DNA of 63,885 nt, filler included, from Olpidium bornovanus S191 (lineage: Eukaryota; Fungi; Olpidiomycota), in NCBI GenBank assembly GCA_017911155.1. It is 28 parts of 28 records of this genome, joined end to end, with 100 filler letters (N's around TTAATTAATTAA, not from the genome) between each part and the next. Parts side by side here need not be neighbours in the genome. Positions count along the whole stretch, not along the records: positions 10,563 to 11,807 come from JAEFCI010000642.1; positions 11,908 to 13,422 come from JAEFCI010007745.1; positions 13,523 to 16,949 come from JAEFCI010000551.1; positions 17,050 to 21,288 come from JAEFCI010010681.1; positions 21,389 to 24,410 come from JAEFCI010001637.1; 23 more parts are not named here. The stretch is one strand, 5' to 3'. Both the position numbers and the translations under genes were made by a program. The notes under the pieces were generated by a model. It did no database searches. It was not told the origin of the DNA and worked only from the letters and a program-made list of their open reading frames with translations. The stretch's first letter is position 1. Each line of letters begins with the position of its first letter. This document shows, in pieces, positions 10,620 through 23,470 of the stretch.

Positions 10620-11807
10620 CGGCACTCTGATATGGTTTCAACGCCTTTGGGCAAGAAGTTGGTGAGCGTCAACTGAAGCATGCGGAAGAGCGCCAAACTC
10701 ATGAAAACCTGCGGAAACGAAGACGTCGCATCAGCAAGCGGCTTCCGTTATTTTTTTTTTTCAAAAATCCGCGTTTGCGGCCGGCGCTTTCCGGGGGCTT
10801 TTGGCGGTCGGCCCTGCTGCGTACGTTGGCGGTTACGAGGGGCTCGCCCATCGCCCATTTTGTCATGAACGTTACAAAAGACACGAGGGCTTTTTGGACG
10901 AAAAAAAAAAATTGATCAGCGGAAATTCGACATCCCGGCCCGGCCCCCCCCCCTTCCCACCCCACCGCGCAATCGCGTCGCGGATTTCTTTCACGAAGGC
11001 GCACCGGGGAAGAAGAAAAAAATGGAGTCGTTCATGGCCTTGAGCATCGAGGCCTTGAGGAGCGGCTTGAACTCGCTGTTCCTCAGGGCCTGCACGGTGC
11101 GCCCGAGGGGCTTCTCCCACGCGTAAAGCTTGACGAGCTCGATCCCCGAAATCAGGTCCGCGAGGCTCCTCACGCGCTCGTCGCGGCGGTGCACCGTGCT
11201 GTGGCGGGTGCCGGCGAAGCTGCGCGCGAAAGTGTACTGCAGCGGGAACAGCAGGAGGAACGTCGCGAGCCCGGCGAAGCACGCCACGCCCATCGCGTCG
11301 TAGAGGAACCAAACGACCAGCAGGAGCTCGACGGCCCCGATGATGACGTAGAGCGCGAACGGGCCGGCAAACTCGAAAGACTGGGTGTCTGGATAAATTT
11401 CAGACGGCCGGAACGGGCAAAAAAGGGGGGGTGTGTGTGTGAGAGTATACCGCGACGCCCAAAAAAAGGCCCGGCTCCAGCGAAAATGCCGTCGCTGGAG
11501 TCAGACCCCCTCGAGCTTTCGTGCCGGCCCGCCACTGAAAAATTACCGTTCGACACGAGGTTGATGATCGCCCCTGCCGTGGCAGTGGATGCCAACGGCA
11601 GCTTGAGAATTTTGCGATAGATCAACGCAGTAAACCCTACTCTCGCGTCCGTCCCTATTCGCATCGTCGGGGCTGCTCCCCACAGTTGCACCACGATTTT
11701 GCGTGAAAATAGCGCGGAACATTAAATGCGGGCCGTTTTGCAGCGTCTTCCAAGCAGAACAGTCCAGACAACCACGCACGGAAGTAATGATGGTGGGTCA
11801 CCGCATG
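10620..11807 (-). CDS. ABC transporter subfamily C (MRP/ABCC4-like), TMD1 fragment
   Basis: LIYRKILKL, GAIINLVSND, RDERVRSLADLISGIELVKLYAWEKP; GT-AG introns. Confidence 0.9.
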
Positions 11808-12004
11808 NNNNNNNNNNNNNNNNNNNNNNNNNNNNNNNNNNNNNNNNNNNNTTAATTAATTAANNNNNNNNNNNNNNNNNNNNNNNNNNNNNNNNNNNNN
11901 NNNNNNNCATGGAGGATTTTCGCTTTGCTTGCTGCTGATACATACTAACGTGCGCCGGCCGTTGACGTTTGACCGTATCATTTACCTTCAATCGTATTAT
12001 ACAG

Positions 12005-13386
12005 CATTGATCTTGTCGGTCGCATTGCTGACAGAGGGGCCGAATTTGTTAGCGCCAGAGAGTGGATGCGCATAGTGTGAGTCGCCCTATTTGGACTCCT
12101 TTGTCACTGCTTGCTTATTTTTTCGTTGTCCAGTGTAGTCAACATGTGCCATGCTCTTCTCAGGTTCGAGCTTCTGGACATGTTAAAGGCCCACAAGAAG
12201 GGGATCCGACGAGCCACTGTAAACACCTTCGGGTACATTGCCAAGGCCATTGGCCCGCAGGACGTCCTGGCTACGCTGCTGAACAACCTGAAAGTTCAGG
12301 AACGGCAGAATCGGTGTGTTCAGAGCCGCACTTCTTTGCTGCCAGACGCATGACGCGGTTAGGATGGTGGCCGAAGTTTTTGAGCTAAGCCTGACTCGTT
12401 TTTCGTTTTTGAAATCAGTGTGTGTACCACTGTTGCCATCGCCATCGTTGCCGAGACTTGCTCGCCATTCACGGTCCTGCCCGCGCTGATGAACGAGTAC
12501 CGCGTGCCGGAGCTGAACGTGCAGAACGGCGTGCTGAAGAGCTTGAGTTTCCTGTTTGAGTATATCGGCGAGATGGGCAAGGATTACGTGTATGCGGTTA
12601 CGCCGCTGCTGCAGGACGCGCTCATGGACCGCGACCTGGTGCATCGCCAGACGGCGTGCACCACCGTGAAACGTGGGTCCTCGTTTGCCGGGTCCGGTCC
12701 TGCGGCATAGTTTCTGGGCGTTTCAGAGGACTTCGTGTTTCTAGCGTCCGCTTTTTATTTACCCGTTTCGCAGATATGGCCTTGGGAGTCGTCGGCCTCG
12801 GGTGCGAGGATGCCATGATCGACCTGCTCAACCGTGAGTGTCCGGTCGCGCCTGTATTTTTCAGCATACGGGGCGTTTTGACAAAAACACCGGCACCGGG
12901 TTAAACGCAAAACGTAAAACGCCTTTTTTTTCTTTCCCGCGCAGACATCTTCCCGAACATTTTTGAGACGTCGCCTCACGTCATCAACGCGGTCATGGAA
13001 GCCATCGAGGGCATACGGTGCGCGGTCGGTCCGTCGGTGATCCTGCAGTACACGCTGCAGGGCCTGTTCCACCCCGCGCGCAAGGTGCGCGAAGTTTTTT
13101 GGAAGATCTACAACCAGAGTACGTTTCTTTTGCTGTTCACCTCGGCGCATATCGCGGTCAAACGGCGCACAACGCGACGCGCGCGGCCGGGGAAGTTCTG
13201 ACCCTCCCCTTCCCTCACCCCCCGCCAAAAAAAAAAAAAAAAAAAAAAACGAAATCAGTGTACATCGGCGCTCAGGACGCGCTGGTGCCGTACTACCCGC
13301 ACATGATTCCGAATCCAAAATCTTCTCCTTCGCCCTCCTTTAACTCCGCCTCGCCGGCCGCACGGCCGTTCGACATCCACCTGTAA
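12005..13386 (+). CDS. SF3B1: Splicing factor 3B subunit 1, C-terminal HEAT repeats (partial)
   Basis: [92 protein letters not shown]. Confidence 0.98.
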
Positions 13387-13560
13387 GGGTCAAAGGCGGA
13401 GGCGTTCTTGAACTCTCTCTCGNNNNNNNNNNNNNNNNNNNNNNNNNNNNNNNNNNNNNNNNNNNNTTAATTAATTAANNNNNNNNNNNNNNNNNNNNNN
13501 NNNNNNNNNNNNNNNNNNNNNNCATGTCTCCTGACCAGCCGGTTCCTGCTGTCCGTCCAG

Positions 13561-15841
13561 GCGGAGAACATTTCTCCGAATTGGAAGCAGCTACTCGCCG
13601 ATGCGGGGGTATCGGAAGAACAGATGAAAGACGAGAGCACCAGGGAGTTTGTTGTCAACTTTGTACAGTCTCGCGGAGGGCCACGCCCGTCGACAGCTCC
13701 CTCGTCTCCATCGAGCGGCGGTAAGTCTTGACCGGAGTTACGTTTCCATATCTTCCGGCGAATTGCTTGACCTTTCAATGTTATATCGCGTTACGTCCAG
13801 CGAAATCCCGCCGGCCGCCGCCGCCGCCGCCGCCAGCATCGCGGAATAGGCGGCCCCCCCCGCCATTGCCGCGGCCGCGTGTGCAGGCCGAGGGAGAAAG
13901 TCAGAATCGGCAAGACCTGCCGGTGACGGTCAAAAGCCCGACATCTGAAAATGCCGCCGCCGGTCCTTCTCTCCCGCGGCGTCCGGTCGTGTCGAAACCG
14001 CCACCGAGCATTTCGACCGCCGTTGCACCGCCGGTCACGCCGGAGACGCCGATGGCGGCAGCTCTGCTCCGGGAACCGGCGCCCCCTATGCCGCTCCGGC
14101 CGATTATGCCTGCGGCGATGCACCAGGAGCCGGCACCTCCTATGCCGCTCCGGCCGATTACGCCTGCGGCGATGCACCAGGAGCCGGCGCCCCCTATGCC
14201 GCTCCGGCCGAAAAAGTCTGCGGCGAGCAATATTTCTGCCGGGCCAGATCGGTCGCCGGATGCCGCAGATCGAATCTCCCAACCGGTCTCACCCAGGTCA
14301 CCTACAGGGCAGATATTTGACGCCCACCCCGCTGTTTCCGTTGAGCGGAATCTGCCGGTTTCTCGTCGCGAAGCACCACCACCGCCTCCCCGCGGGAGGA
14401 AGCCGAACATCTCAGCCAGGTTGGTTGTGCCTCCGCCGATCCCGTCCACGCCGCGTCCGAGTGTGCCGAGGGGAGTTCGTGCGGCGAAGGAAAGCGCGCC
14501 TTCCGCCGTCCGCCGACCGCCCCTGGCCTCCCCCCCGACCCAACCGACGAACTCGGTTTTGGTTCCCGCCCAATCAGCTGGGTTGCACCCTGCTGCGTCC
14601 GCAATTCTCCCGTCGGTCCAGCCCTCGCCGACCTGGACTTCAGCCGGGGGGTCGAAAGTGGAATCCGGGGCCAACGGCGCCACGATTGCGCCTCTTCCTT
14701 CTCATCCACTTTTCCCCCCTCCTCCATTGCCGTCCACTCTGGACCCGCGGCCTTTCCGTCCGCCGGTGCAGCCGGCTTGGGCCCCTCCGGCAGCAATGGC
14801 AAAAGAGGTGCCTGCGGTCGTCACAGCGATCGCCACGTCACCTCCGGTGCTTTCGCCTTCTCCGATTCCAACCACCGCTGTCCCGCAGACCCAGGTGCAG
14901 CCGACGTGGATTCCTCCGGCAATAATCTCGCAATTGGAGTCTGCGGTTGTAACGGCGGTCGTTGCGGCGGCACCGCCGCCTCCGCCGCCTCCGCCGCCTC
15001 CGCCTCCTCCGCCACCAATGCCGTCCACCGTCTTTATCCCAGCGGTTCCGGCTGCCAACCTTTCAGTTCCTGCATCTTGCCCGCCGCCGCCTCCTCCGCC
15101 TCCGCCAGCTGCTTTGGTTTCGGCTTCCGCGGTTTCGCCGGCGACGTCCGACGGCCGGAACGTCGGCCGGAACGAACTTTTGGCAAGCATCCGGTCTGCC
15201 GGGATCGGCGTCCTCAAGCCTGTCGGTGCCGCTCCGCCGGCTGCGTCTTTCCCGGCCACCCCGAGCATGCCAGCGTCGTCGAACGGCCGGAACGATCTTC
15301 TGGCAAGCATTCGATCTGCCGGGATCGGCGCCCTCAAGCCCGTGAGTGTCGGGCTTCGCCGGCGTTGGCGTCTTGTTATTTACATAAGCCCCCTCCCCCC
15401 CCCCACTTCGCCCGCTTACCTTTTTTCGGCTTTCGCGTTTGGGAGCAGAATTGTTGCGTAGAGTATTTTGCTCACGCCCGTTCTTTTATTTTGCATCGCG
15501 CATCCCGTCGGCCCCCAGGTTTCCTCCCGCTCGTCTCCCGCGGTTCGGTCTGCTCGCAACGACGAGGTCACAGTATCCGGCAGTGGCGGTTCGCCCGCGC
15601 ACAGCGACCTCGCGTCGGCGCTCGCGTCGGCGCTCGCCGCGCGATCCAAGGCCGTCACCGGAGACTCGTCAGGTGAGCGGCGGCGAGCGGGGCGACGTAA
15701 CGAGGATTTTGACCTCCCCTCCCCACCCCCCCATTTTTTTGGCAGGGCCCGCGTTTTTTTTTTTTTTCCTTTTATTGCTTACGATTCTTTTCCCCCTCGC
15801 CAGATGAAGACGACGACGACGACGACGAGGAGTGGGACTGA
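13561..15841 (+). CDS. WASP: WASP-family actin nucleation-promoting factor (GBD helix, proline-rich region, 2 WH2, C, A); 5' truncated
   Basis: Exons 13561-13720, 13801-15341, 15519-15672, 15804-15841; LLADAGVSEEQMKDESTREFVVNFVQSRGG; GRNELLASIRSAGIGVLKPV and GRNDLLASIRSAGIGALKPV; DLASALASALAARSKAV; DEDDDDDDEEWD*. Confidence 0.93.
14073..14210 (+). repeat. 54-bp (18-aa) coding tandem repeat, about 2.6 copies, in WASP
   Basis: EPAPPMPLRPI(M/T)PAAMHQ units start at 14073, 14127 and 14181. Confidence 0.9.
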
Positions 15842-17244
15842 AGCGGAAAAAAAAAAAAGACAAAGAAAAGAAAAGAAAACCACATCGCCTTTCTCGTCAG
15901 CAAGGCGGATATTCTTTCTCTTTTGCGCTCGTTTTGCACCCCCCTTTTTCTGGTTTTGTGAGTTTGTCACTCCCGCTTGTTTTCATATATATCTCCGGCC
16001 CGCACTCTTTTGTTTGGTTGTCCATCTCTTGCGGCCGTTTTGCGTTCTCTCGTCGTTTTGAATAGAGCCCCATAAAAATCCGCGTTTTTCGTTTCGGCCC
16101 GAATACCCACCCCTTTCCCTTCTCACCATCACAACCGCGCCCTTTGCGTTGTATATAATCTGCACGTTGCCTTTTTTTTTTTTTCTGTCCCGAAGCGAGG
16201 GAGTTAAAAAAAAAAAAAAACCTGGGGCCTGTCCACGCGAGGCGGTCCCTAAGCGAGGGAGTTAAAGAAAAAAAAAAAAAAGAAAAGGCGCTCGGGAACA
16301 GTTTTTTTTTTGGTGTAGTTATTGGGGGAAGTGGGGGCGGGGGAGGGGCGGACATCCCGTGTTTATTTCTTCAGTGGTTCAAATTGGTGCCCCGGGGCCG
16401 GGCCGTTTTGGGCTTGCAGAGTACTTGGATAACACGACCAGGTCGTTGCAAGGTGCTTTAACACCTCTCCGGATACCACAAAAATCGCGACGGAGACCTC
16501 CAATCTCAACAAAAACCTCGCCCACGTTCGGATACTCTCGATGTCGACGTTTCGTACCAAAGTCGAGATTCGTTTTGTTTTTTATTCTTTCTTTCTCTTC
16601 TTTGTTTCCTTCTCTAAGTGTCAAGTAGTACTCCCCCCCCAAAAAAAAAAATTTGATCAGGGATGCTGGCTTAGTTTTGCCGAACACCCGTTAACGGCTG
16701 TTAAGGCGCATCATCCGGACACCCGTGATGCAGTATTAGGCCTCATTCCCCCGCTTGTTGGACGCGTTGTTCGCCCCGCGTTTGTGGAAGAGGAAGAGGA
16801 AGAGGTTGCAAATTGCGCACGCAATTGCCATTTCTGCGAGACGCGCACGCCCGCGCGCACAGGCCCAACGGCCTTTTTCTTTTTTTTTTTTTTTTTCTCG
16901 CACGAAAACGCGACTTTTCCCGCGTGCGGGTGGGGGGGGGGGGGGGGGGNNNNNNNNNNNNNNNNNNNNNNNNNNNNNNNNNNNNNNNNNNNNTTAATTA
17001 ATTAANNNNNNNNNNNNNNNNNNNNNNNNNNNNNNNNNNNNNNNNNNNNCATGATCTCGGCGTCCCGTTAGCTCCATTGTGTGCTGACTCCTCTTCTTCG
17101 ACCGGGTTGGGGAGATATGCAAGCGACATTGGATTCCGAAGCGGAAGGCATTCCAGAGCTGCTTCCAGTTCCTGATCCACCAACTGCTCGTCCATTGGGC
17201 CAGCTTCCTCCTGAACAGCTGTACACGTTCCCGCTTCCTGCCTT

Positions 17245-17430
17245 TCAGCCGGACCATCCATTGAGTCCAGTGTGGTGGAAGCAGTTCTTGATGGCGGTGC
17301 TAAAAATTTCACTCCACGCTGCCAGCGGCCAGCGCGTTGCCGTGAGCCGATCAACCTTGTACAGGTTGAACTCGTTGCGCTCGTCCCGATCCAAAACGTT
17401 GTGAAGATGATAAACGCCGGGAACGTTTCT
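17245..17430 (-). mobile_element. pogo/Tigger (CENP-B/DDE_1) transposase C-terminal remnant
   Basis: NLYKVDRLTATRWPLAAWSEIFSTAIKNCFHHTG matches the YKVDxLxAMRW..AW..V....I.NC..HTG motif. Confidence 0.75.
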
Positions 17431-18144
17431 TGAACAGGCGAAGGGCGGGGTGGGGGGGTGGGGGGGGCACATCGGGACAACAACAACTGGTTGACCGCTT
17501 TACAGAATGACATCTTCTATATTCTTTTTGTATTTTCTTCCTTTTCTTATATCACGGGATGTAAAAAAAAATGTTGAAGTGTCACATGTAACGTATGCGG
17601 AGTAATAAAAGGACTGGGGTAGGTTAAGACTGCGCGCGAAAAATAAAAAGAAGAGAAAAAAAAATAAGTAATCCGGTCTAGGAGAAGACCTTTTCGGTTG
17701 GTTTTTTTTTTTCGGAATCATCACGGGTTATAAATGGGTGGTGGTGGTGGGGGGGGTGGGGGGTGGGGTGGGTGGATGGGAGGAAGGGGGAAAATTAGTC
17801 CGGGAACAGGGTTTGGCAGGTTCAAAAAGTCGCCCGGCGGGGAATGCGGAAAAAAAGGATAGAACGTGGGGCCCCTGTCAAAAAAAAAATAAAAATAAAA
17901 ACAGGCACACGCAAACGAAAAGGGTGCTCGATGGCAGGGCAATTTTGCGCACCGGCTGCGCTCGCGTGCCAACGAGTTTTAAGTCACGAGCGGGGGGGAG
18001 GAGGAGGATGGGGAGGAGGGGGAGAGGGGGCGGGGTAAGCGGGAGGGGGAGGGAGGGGGGGGTGTGAAGCGAGAGAAAAAGACTGAGTGTGTGGTACGGT
18101 TTCAAATAGAAAAAAAAAGAATTTTTCGTCTTCGACTCCCTCGG

Positions 18145-20755
18145 TTATAATGACCCCAGGGCGGTGAACTTGAATATGATGTTCACCGTGACGGCGCAAA
18201 AAAGCGTGGCGGCGAGGACGACCGGCCCGACGAGGTCGTCGTAGACGCCCTTGTCCCGGCGGCGGATCTTTTCCGCCCGCCACTGGTAGACCCCGAGCGC
18301 GTAGAACATGATGCCGATGGATATGAACGTGAACAGGACGCCGGCCGTCCGGCCGGCCGTGTCGCCGAAGTTGACGAGGCCGACCGCGAGCGACCCGAGG
18401 AGGACCGCGAAGTGCAGCCACTGGAGGAACGTCCTCTCGTTGGCGAAAAAGACTTTCGGCTCCACCCGCGTCGGGATGGCTATGCGTTTGGCGGCCCCGC
18501 CGGCGGAGGGCCTGCTGCCGCCGCCGCCCTCGGCCGGTCCACCGACGGAGCTCGCCGGCGGCCCCGGGTGGCTCGGGCGCCGCCCGAACAGGCCCCGGAG
18601 CGCCCGCGCCGCCGCGCTTTTGCGGCCGCGCGCGCGCGGGGCGCCGCTGCCGCCCGAATAGCTTACGCCGTTGGCCGCCGTCGAGTCGGCGAGGAGCGGC
18701 GTGGTCTCGCTGCCGATCGCCCGCATGTCCAGTCGGACCTCCGGGACTTTCGAGTTCCCGTCGTTGGCCTCGATCGAGTCCTCTTCGCTGCCGTGGTTGC
18801 TGGAGCTCTTCGAAGACACGTCGCGTTCGTCCCGGAACGCCCATTGCAAGCTGTGCCGCGAGATGCGGAAGTCGTGCGTGGGAGGCTTCCGGATGTCGAT
18901 GTCCATCTGAGGCAGCTTTTGTTTGTTTTTTTTTTTGTTTTTTTTTTTTGGAAAGGCAAAGAGAGCGTTTTGTCGTGGAGAGATTTAAGGCTTCCGTCGC
19001 CGACCCGTGTTAACGCTTTCAACCGCCGCACATCGCGTGGTTCGGCTCACTCCAAACTTACCCAGAATGGCAATAAGGAAACTCTGGACTCCAGGAGGGT
19101 GGCGCACCCGTGTATGAATTTGCTGAACTTGGGGACTTCCTCGACCAGATGCGATGTCGTCAAATCCTGGACCCATCGCGGCGGCTCCGCCCCCTGTTGG
19201 GTCTGCAGCTTGACTTCCAAGATTGCGTACGGAAAACGGCAGATGTCATTATCAGGAAGCTGACTAAACGGAAACTCTGTGCCGATATCGCGGCGACGCC
19301 AGTGAGTGCCAGACCGCGACACCCCGTCGTAGTTGTCCTCCCGGATCAGCGAAAGCTCTGTCTGCGGTGCCGGTAATTAAAAGAGTGAGTCGGGCGACGT
19401 CGGACACGTTGTCGGGCCCAAACACACGGCTTCCCGATGACTTACATCGAGAGATATTCTCACGCGGGCGTCGCCGGGAAGCTGAAAGGCGATGCGATTG
19501 TAGAACGACCGCATGGTGGGCTTGAGCTTCTTCTCTAAAACTGTGCGCTGCACCTCGCTCGCCAGCCTCTCGAAGGCGCTGACATCCTTTTCGGTCTTGA
19601 TGCCCCGCTCCCTAAACTTCTGCACCGCCTTCTCCACCGTGTACTCCCCGCTGAGAAAGGCGTCGACGTTCTTGTCCTTGAGCGGGAAGCGCTCCTTGAC
19701 CGACGACTCGCCGGTCCAGTCCTCGTGGTGCGTTTTGCGTTCCACGAAGATCTCCTCGTTGGTGGCCGGCCCGTACCAACGCAATCTGATGGCCTGAGCC
19801 TTCTCCGACTTCTCAAGCCTGCCCATGTAGAGCGCGAACTGGTCGTTGTCAAGGTACACCGAGGTGATGGCCGGGTCCGCGGCGTCGCCGCCCTTGCCGT
19901 TATAGATCAGAACAGGCAGGTACTTGAGTATGACGCATTTGACCTCCATGATATTGTCCGGATGCACCCAGTACTTCGTCGTCCGGCGCACGAAATTTTG
20001 CGCTCCGCCTTCGCCGCGCATCGCGCCCGAAACTGCCGGGCGCCCCATGTTCCGCACCACGTCGTACAACCGGGAGAGCTGGAGGACGATGGAATCGTAA
20101 TTCTCCTTGTAGAACGGCTTCTCGTTCAGCTTCGCCATGAAGGTCTCCTTCAGCGGGATGTGCGTGTGCTTGTCGTGCTTCTTGACGATCTTCACGAAGG
20201 CCGAGTAATTGAGCCGAGTGTATTTCGCCAACTCGTTGACCTCGCCGATGATGAGATTAATTTCGCGCTCGACCTCTTCCCACTCCACCGGACTCTCGTC
20301 TCCTTGCTCGATGAGGTCCTCGACGATCGAGTCGCAGCGCTGCACGCGTCGGCCGATTTCGCCGACCTTCACCGCCTGGAAATTCCACACCTGGGGAACG
20401 CCGAGACGACGCCGGGGGAACCGTCAGCGCACTTCTGCCGCGGGCCCGCTCGCCCGAGGCCCACTGCAGTGCCGGCGCGGCTTTCGCGAAAGTCGCCCGT
20501 GCACCCGGGTTCCGCCGAGAGAAATGATCGTGCCGCTCGAAGCGACAGCGGCAGCGTTTACGCGGACACCGCCCGACGTACGTCTTGAAGATAGCGGTTC
20601 AGCTCCGCGGAGAACCTCGTTTCGTCTTCTTCGGTAAAATTTTCGCTCCCGTCCTTTACGGACCGCTTGAGCAGCTTCTTCAGCCTGGAGTAGTCCACAT
20701 AGTGGAACTTCCAGTCCGGGTTGAGGTTGTTTCGGAGCTGCGTGCCGAACTTCAT
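18145..20755 (-). CDS. VTC4: Vacuolar transporter chaperone 4 (SPX-VTC-DUF202), polyphosphate polymerase; complete, multi-exon
   Basis: MKFGTQL...YVDYSRLKK; [15 protein letters not shown]; IRLRWYG; [20 protein letters not shown]; [13 protein letters not shown]; [11 protein letters not shown]; [16 protein letters not shown]. Confidence 0.97.
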
Positions 20756-21388
20756 TTCCGGCGGCCTGGGAAGACAGACTGCCGGCGGTTCGCGGCGCAG
20801 CCGGGAGCCCGAAACGAACGCCGAGAAACACCGTCCGGCAGAAACGGCGGGGCTTGCGGAACGGTACGCGGCGGTTCGTTCGGAAATGCCGAGCTGTGCG
20901 AGGAGCGGACGGGGCGTTTCCTAGTGGGCGGAACGTACAGTTTGGCGATCACGAGGCGGTTCTCTTTTTCCTCAACCAGAGCGCAGCGGCGGCGCTAAGG
21001 AAACCGGGGCCTTCCGGCTGCCGGCCAAGCGGTCGGAAAACCGACTGTTTGCCGGACCGGACACTTTTTCCCGCCCCGCCCTTCCCGCCCTTTTTCCCCC
21101 TCCTTCCAGGGCCCCGGTTTCCTTTTTCAGCCGCAGAGGCGGGGGGAGGGACAAGCGTTCTCCGCGTGATAGGAACTGGGGGGGTTTCGGCAATGTCTCC
21201 ACCCGGTCTCTCTGAGGGCGTGCGGTGTGTGCCTCTCCTCTCGTCGCCCTCCCCCCCCCCCCCCCCCCCCCCCCCCCCGTCTCCCCCCNNNNNNNNNNNN
21301 NNNNNNNNNNNNNNNNNNNNNNNNNNNNNNNNTTAATTAATTAANNNNNNNNNNNNNNNNNNNNNNNNNNNNNNNNNNNNNNNNNNNN

Positions 21389-21790
21389 AAAACTTGAGGA
21401 TGCCAAATGCCCACTTGACGACCACCAGGAAACTGGCAAGTTGGTTATTGAGCTCCTTGGCGACTGGAATGCGCCGCGTGACGGTGAGCTCAAATGTCAT
21501 CACAACATGCTTGCTGCTTGCGTAGGCATAGTCGCCAAGAATAAACGGAGGGACAATTGCAGTTGTCCAGCTAATCTCTGTTTTGGGAGCTGGCACTGTG
21601 CCATCCAGACACTCAGCAAGGTACCTCCGAAGTGATTGGGCTATTTTGCTGTTCCGGAAATGTGTCTATCCCCTACAGCACCAGGCCAGCCAATAATGAG
21701 GTCCATGAAGCGGCCCTCATCATCGCAAATGGCCTGCAGGCCAATGCTGTAGTAAGACTTGGGATTGAAGTTCTGTAGAAAAACGTCAAG
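21389..21790 (-). mobile_element. PIF/Harbinger transposase (DDE_Tnp_4) remnant
   Basis: YSIGLQAICDDEGRFMDLIIGWPGAVGD; PFILGDYAY; NNQLASFLVVVKWAFGILK; contains stop and frameshift. Confidence 0.85.
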
Positions 21791-23033
21791 GTTGTTGTGC
21801 ATTAAGAAGAGAGACGGCGAGACAGAGAGAGAGAGAGAGCCGGGCGGGGGGTTGATATAGAGGATCGAGGACAGTTCACTACAATCCCCCCCCTCTTTAC
21901 GAAAAGCACGTCCTGTGCATAAATCGAATCGAATCAAAAAAAGGGAGCTAGCCGCACTAAAAAACCCAACCTGTCCTCTCCTTTTTGCCTGGGAGGGGAA
22001 AAGCGTACTAGCGGGGGACGGAGCTAGCTACAACCTGAAGACTTGGTGACAGAGTCTGGATGACGAGGCTAAAGGCAACGGTCAGGAGAGAACGGAACAA
22101 AAAGCCAGCCATCGATAGGATGATGATGGGGAGGCAAGAACAACGAGACGGGCATCCGAACACTTTGACGCGAGAACCCCAAGGATCAGGCGGCCAAGCC
22201 ATCTCCTCAGAGACCCCATCAAACGATGGCTAGTCATTCGATGTGTCGTCGCGCAGGGAGCCGCTCGAGCTCAAAAGGACGACAAGTGCAGAATTTCGTG
22301 GTGAGTCGACGGTAGCCGGGGGCGCCGGGAGTACCGAGGCCACGGGGAGACCAAGAAGGACGGCATCAATATCGCAGAATCGATGAAACGGCATGGTAAT
22401 GGCGTCGATGTATAAGTGTCATCGCTGGCAACAGTATGTAAAGCACGACCGCAGTGCGATGCAGTGCGTGGGCAAAATTGGACCAACAACGGAATCCCCC
22501 ACCGGTTAGCCTACGGCAACAACGCCAGGAACGAACGGGCTCAAACCGTATATCGAGTTCCTCTTTGAAGACTCGGGTCCCCCACGAGTTGACAGAGCAG
22601 GCGGCCAGAAGCCTGGGACGCGACCGGTGACACCAGAACACTGGGGTTGAGCATGAAAAGACGTGAGGAGCAGTTAATACAGCGGCACCATGAGCCGAGC
22701 GAAATTAACAGACACCCCCCAGCGCTGCATGTGGGATCAAACCGCAAGGCAGGCTGGCTCCCAAAACACGATCGTTGAACAAAGCCGGTGTCATGGACGG
22801 CGCAACGGAAAATGATACTGGTCGGCGACGAACAGACTCGCTATGTGGAATCAGTCGTCCTTCGGCTGTGCTTGGCAGCTGGTAGGAGTCGATTAGCATG
22901 GTCGGGGCAAACCGTGACCACGCGGGACGATGGGCAAGTTCCGAACGACGTGGATTTCGATCGCGCGATCCTAGGTGCGCAGACGATATGCACAGGGAAT
23001 AAATGCGGTTGGATCTCGACGGCAGATGTTAGC

Positions 23034-23470
23034 TCAGTATTTGTGCAGAATATCATGGGTCGTGAAAGACGATGCCAGAATCCACAAATCGTGAGATGAA
23101 TCATAGCCCTCCCAACAGACGCGGCACTTAATGTTTCTTTTTCCCGGCGTATGATCAACAATGTGATCGACAACATAATTGCGGAGATCTCCCTCAGGAT
23201 CTGCAGCAACATCGGCAGCACGGTGGCAAAGACGAGCAGCACGGCGTGAAGGTTGATGGCACTGTGTGGAAGAAGGCATCGACACAGGAAGACGGGTTAT
23301 ATCATTGGCAACGGTGTGGACATCCCGTCAAATGGACATAGGAGAATCGAGTGCGGCAGAAAGACGAAGTGCGTCGGGTAAAGGCGCAGACTCAGCGTGG
23401 AAAGCACGGAGCTGAGCGGCATTCACTCTCCACGTTCGACCGGTTTGCGGGTCGCGGAGCGGATAGACGT
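23034..23470 (-). mobile_element. Ty3/gypsy chromovirus remnant: integrase C-terminus plus chromodomain
   Basis: VYPLRDPQTGRTWRVNAAQLRAF (23400-23468), then NYVVDHIVDH...KCRVCWEGYDSSHDLWILASSF...ILHKY* (chromodomain pattern). Confidence 0.75.
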
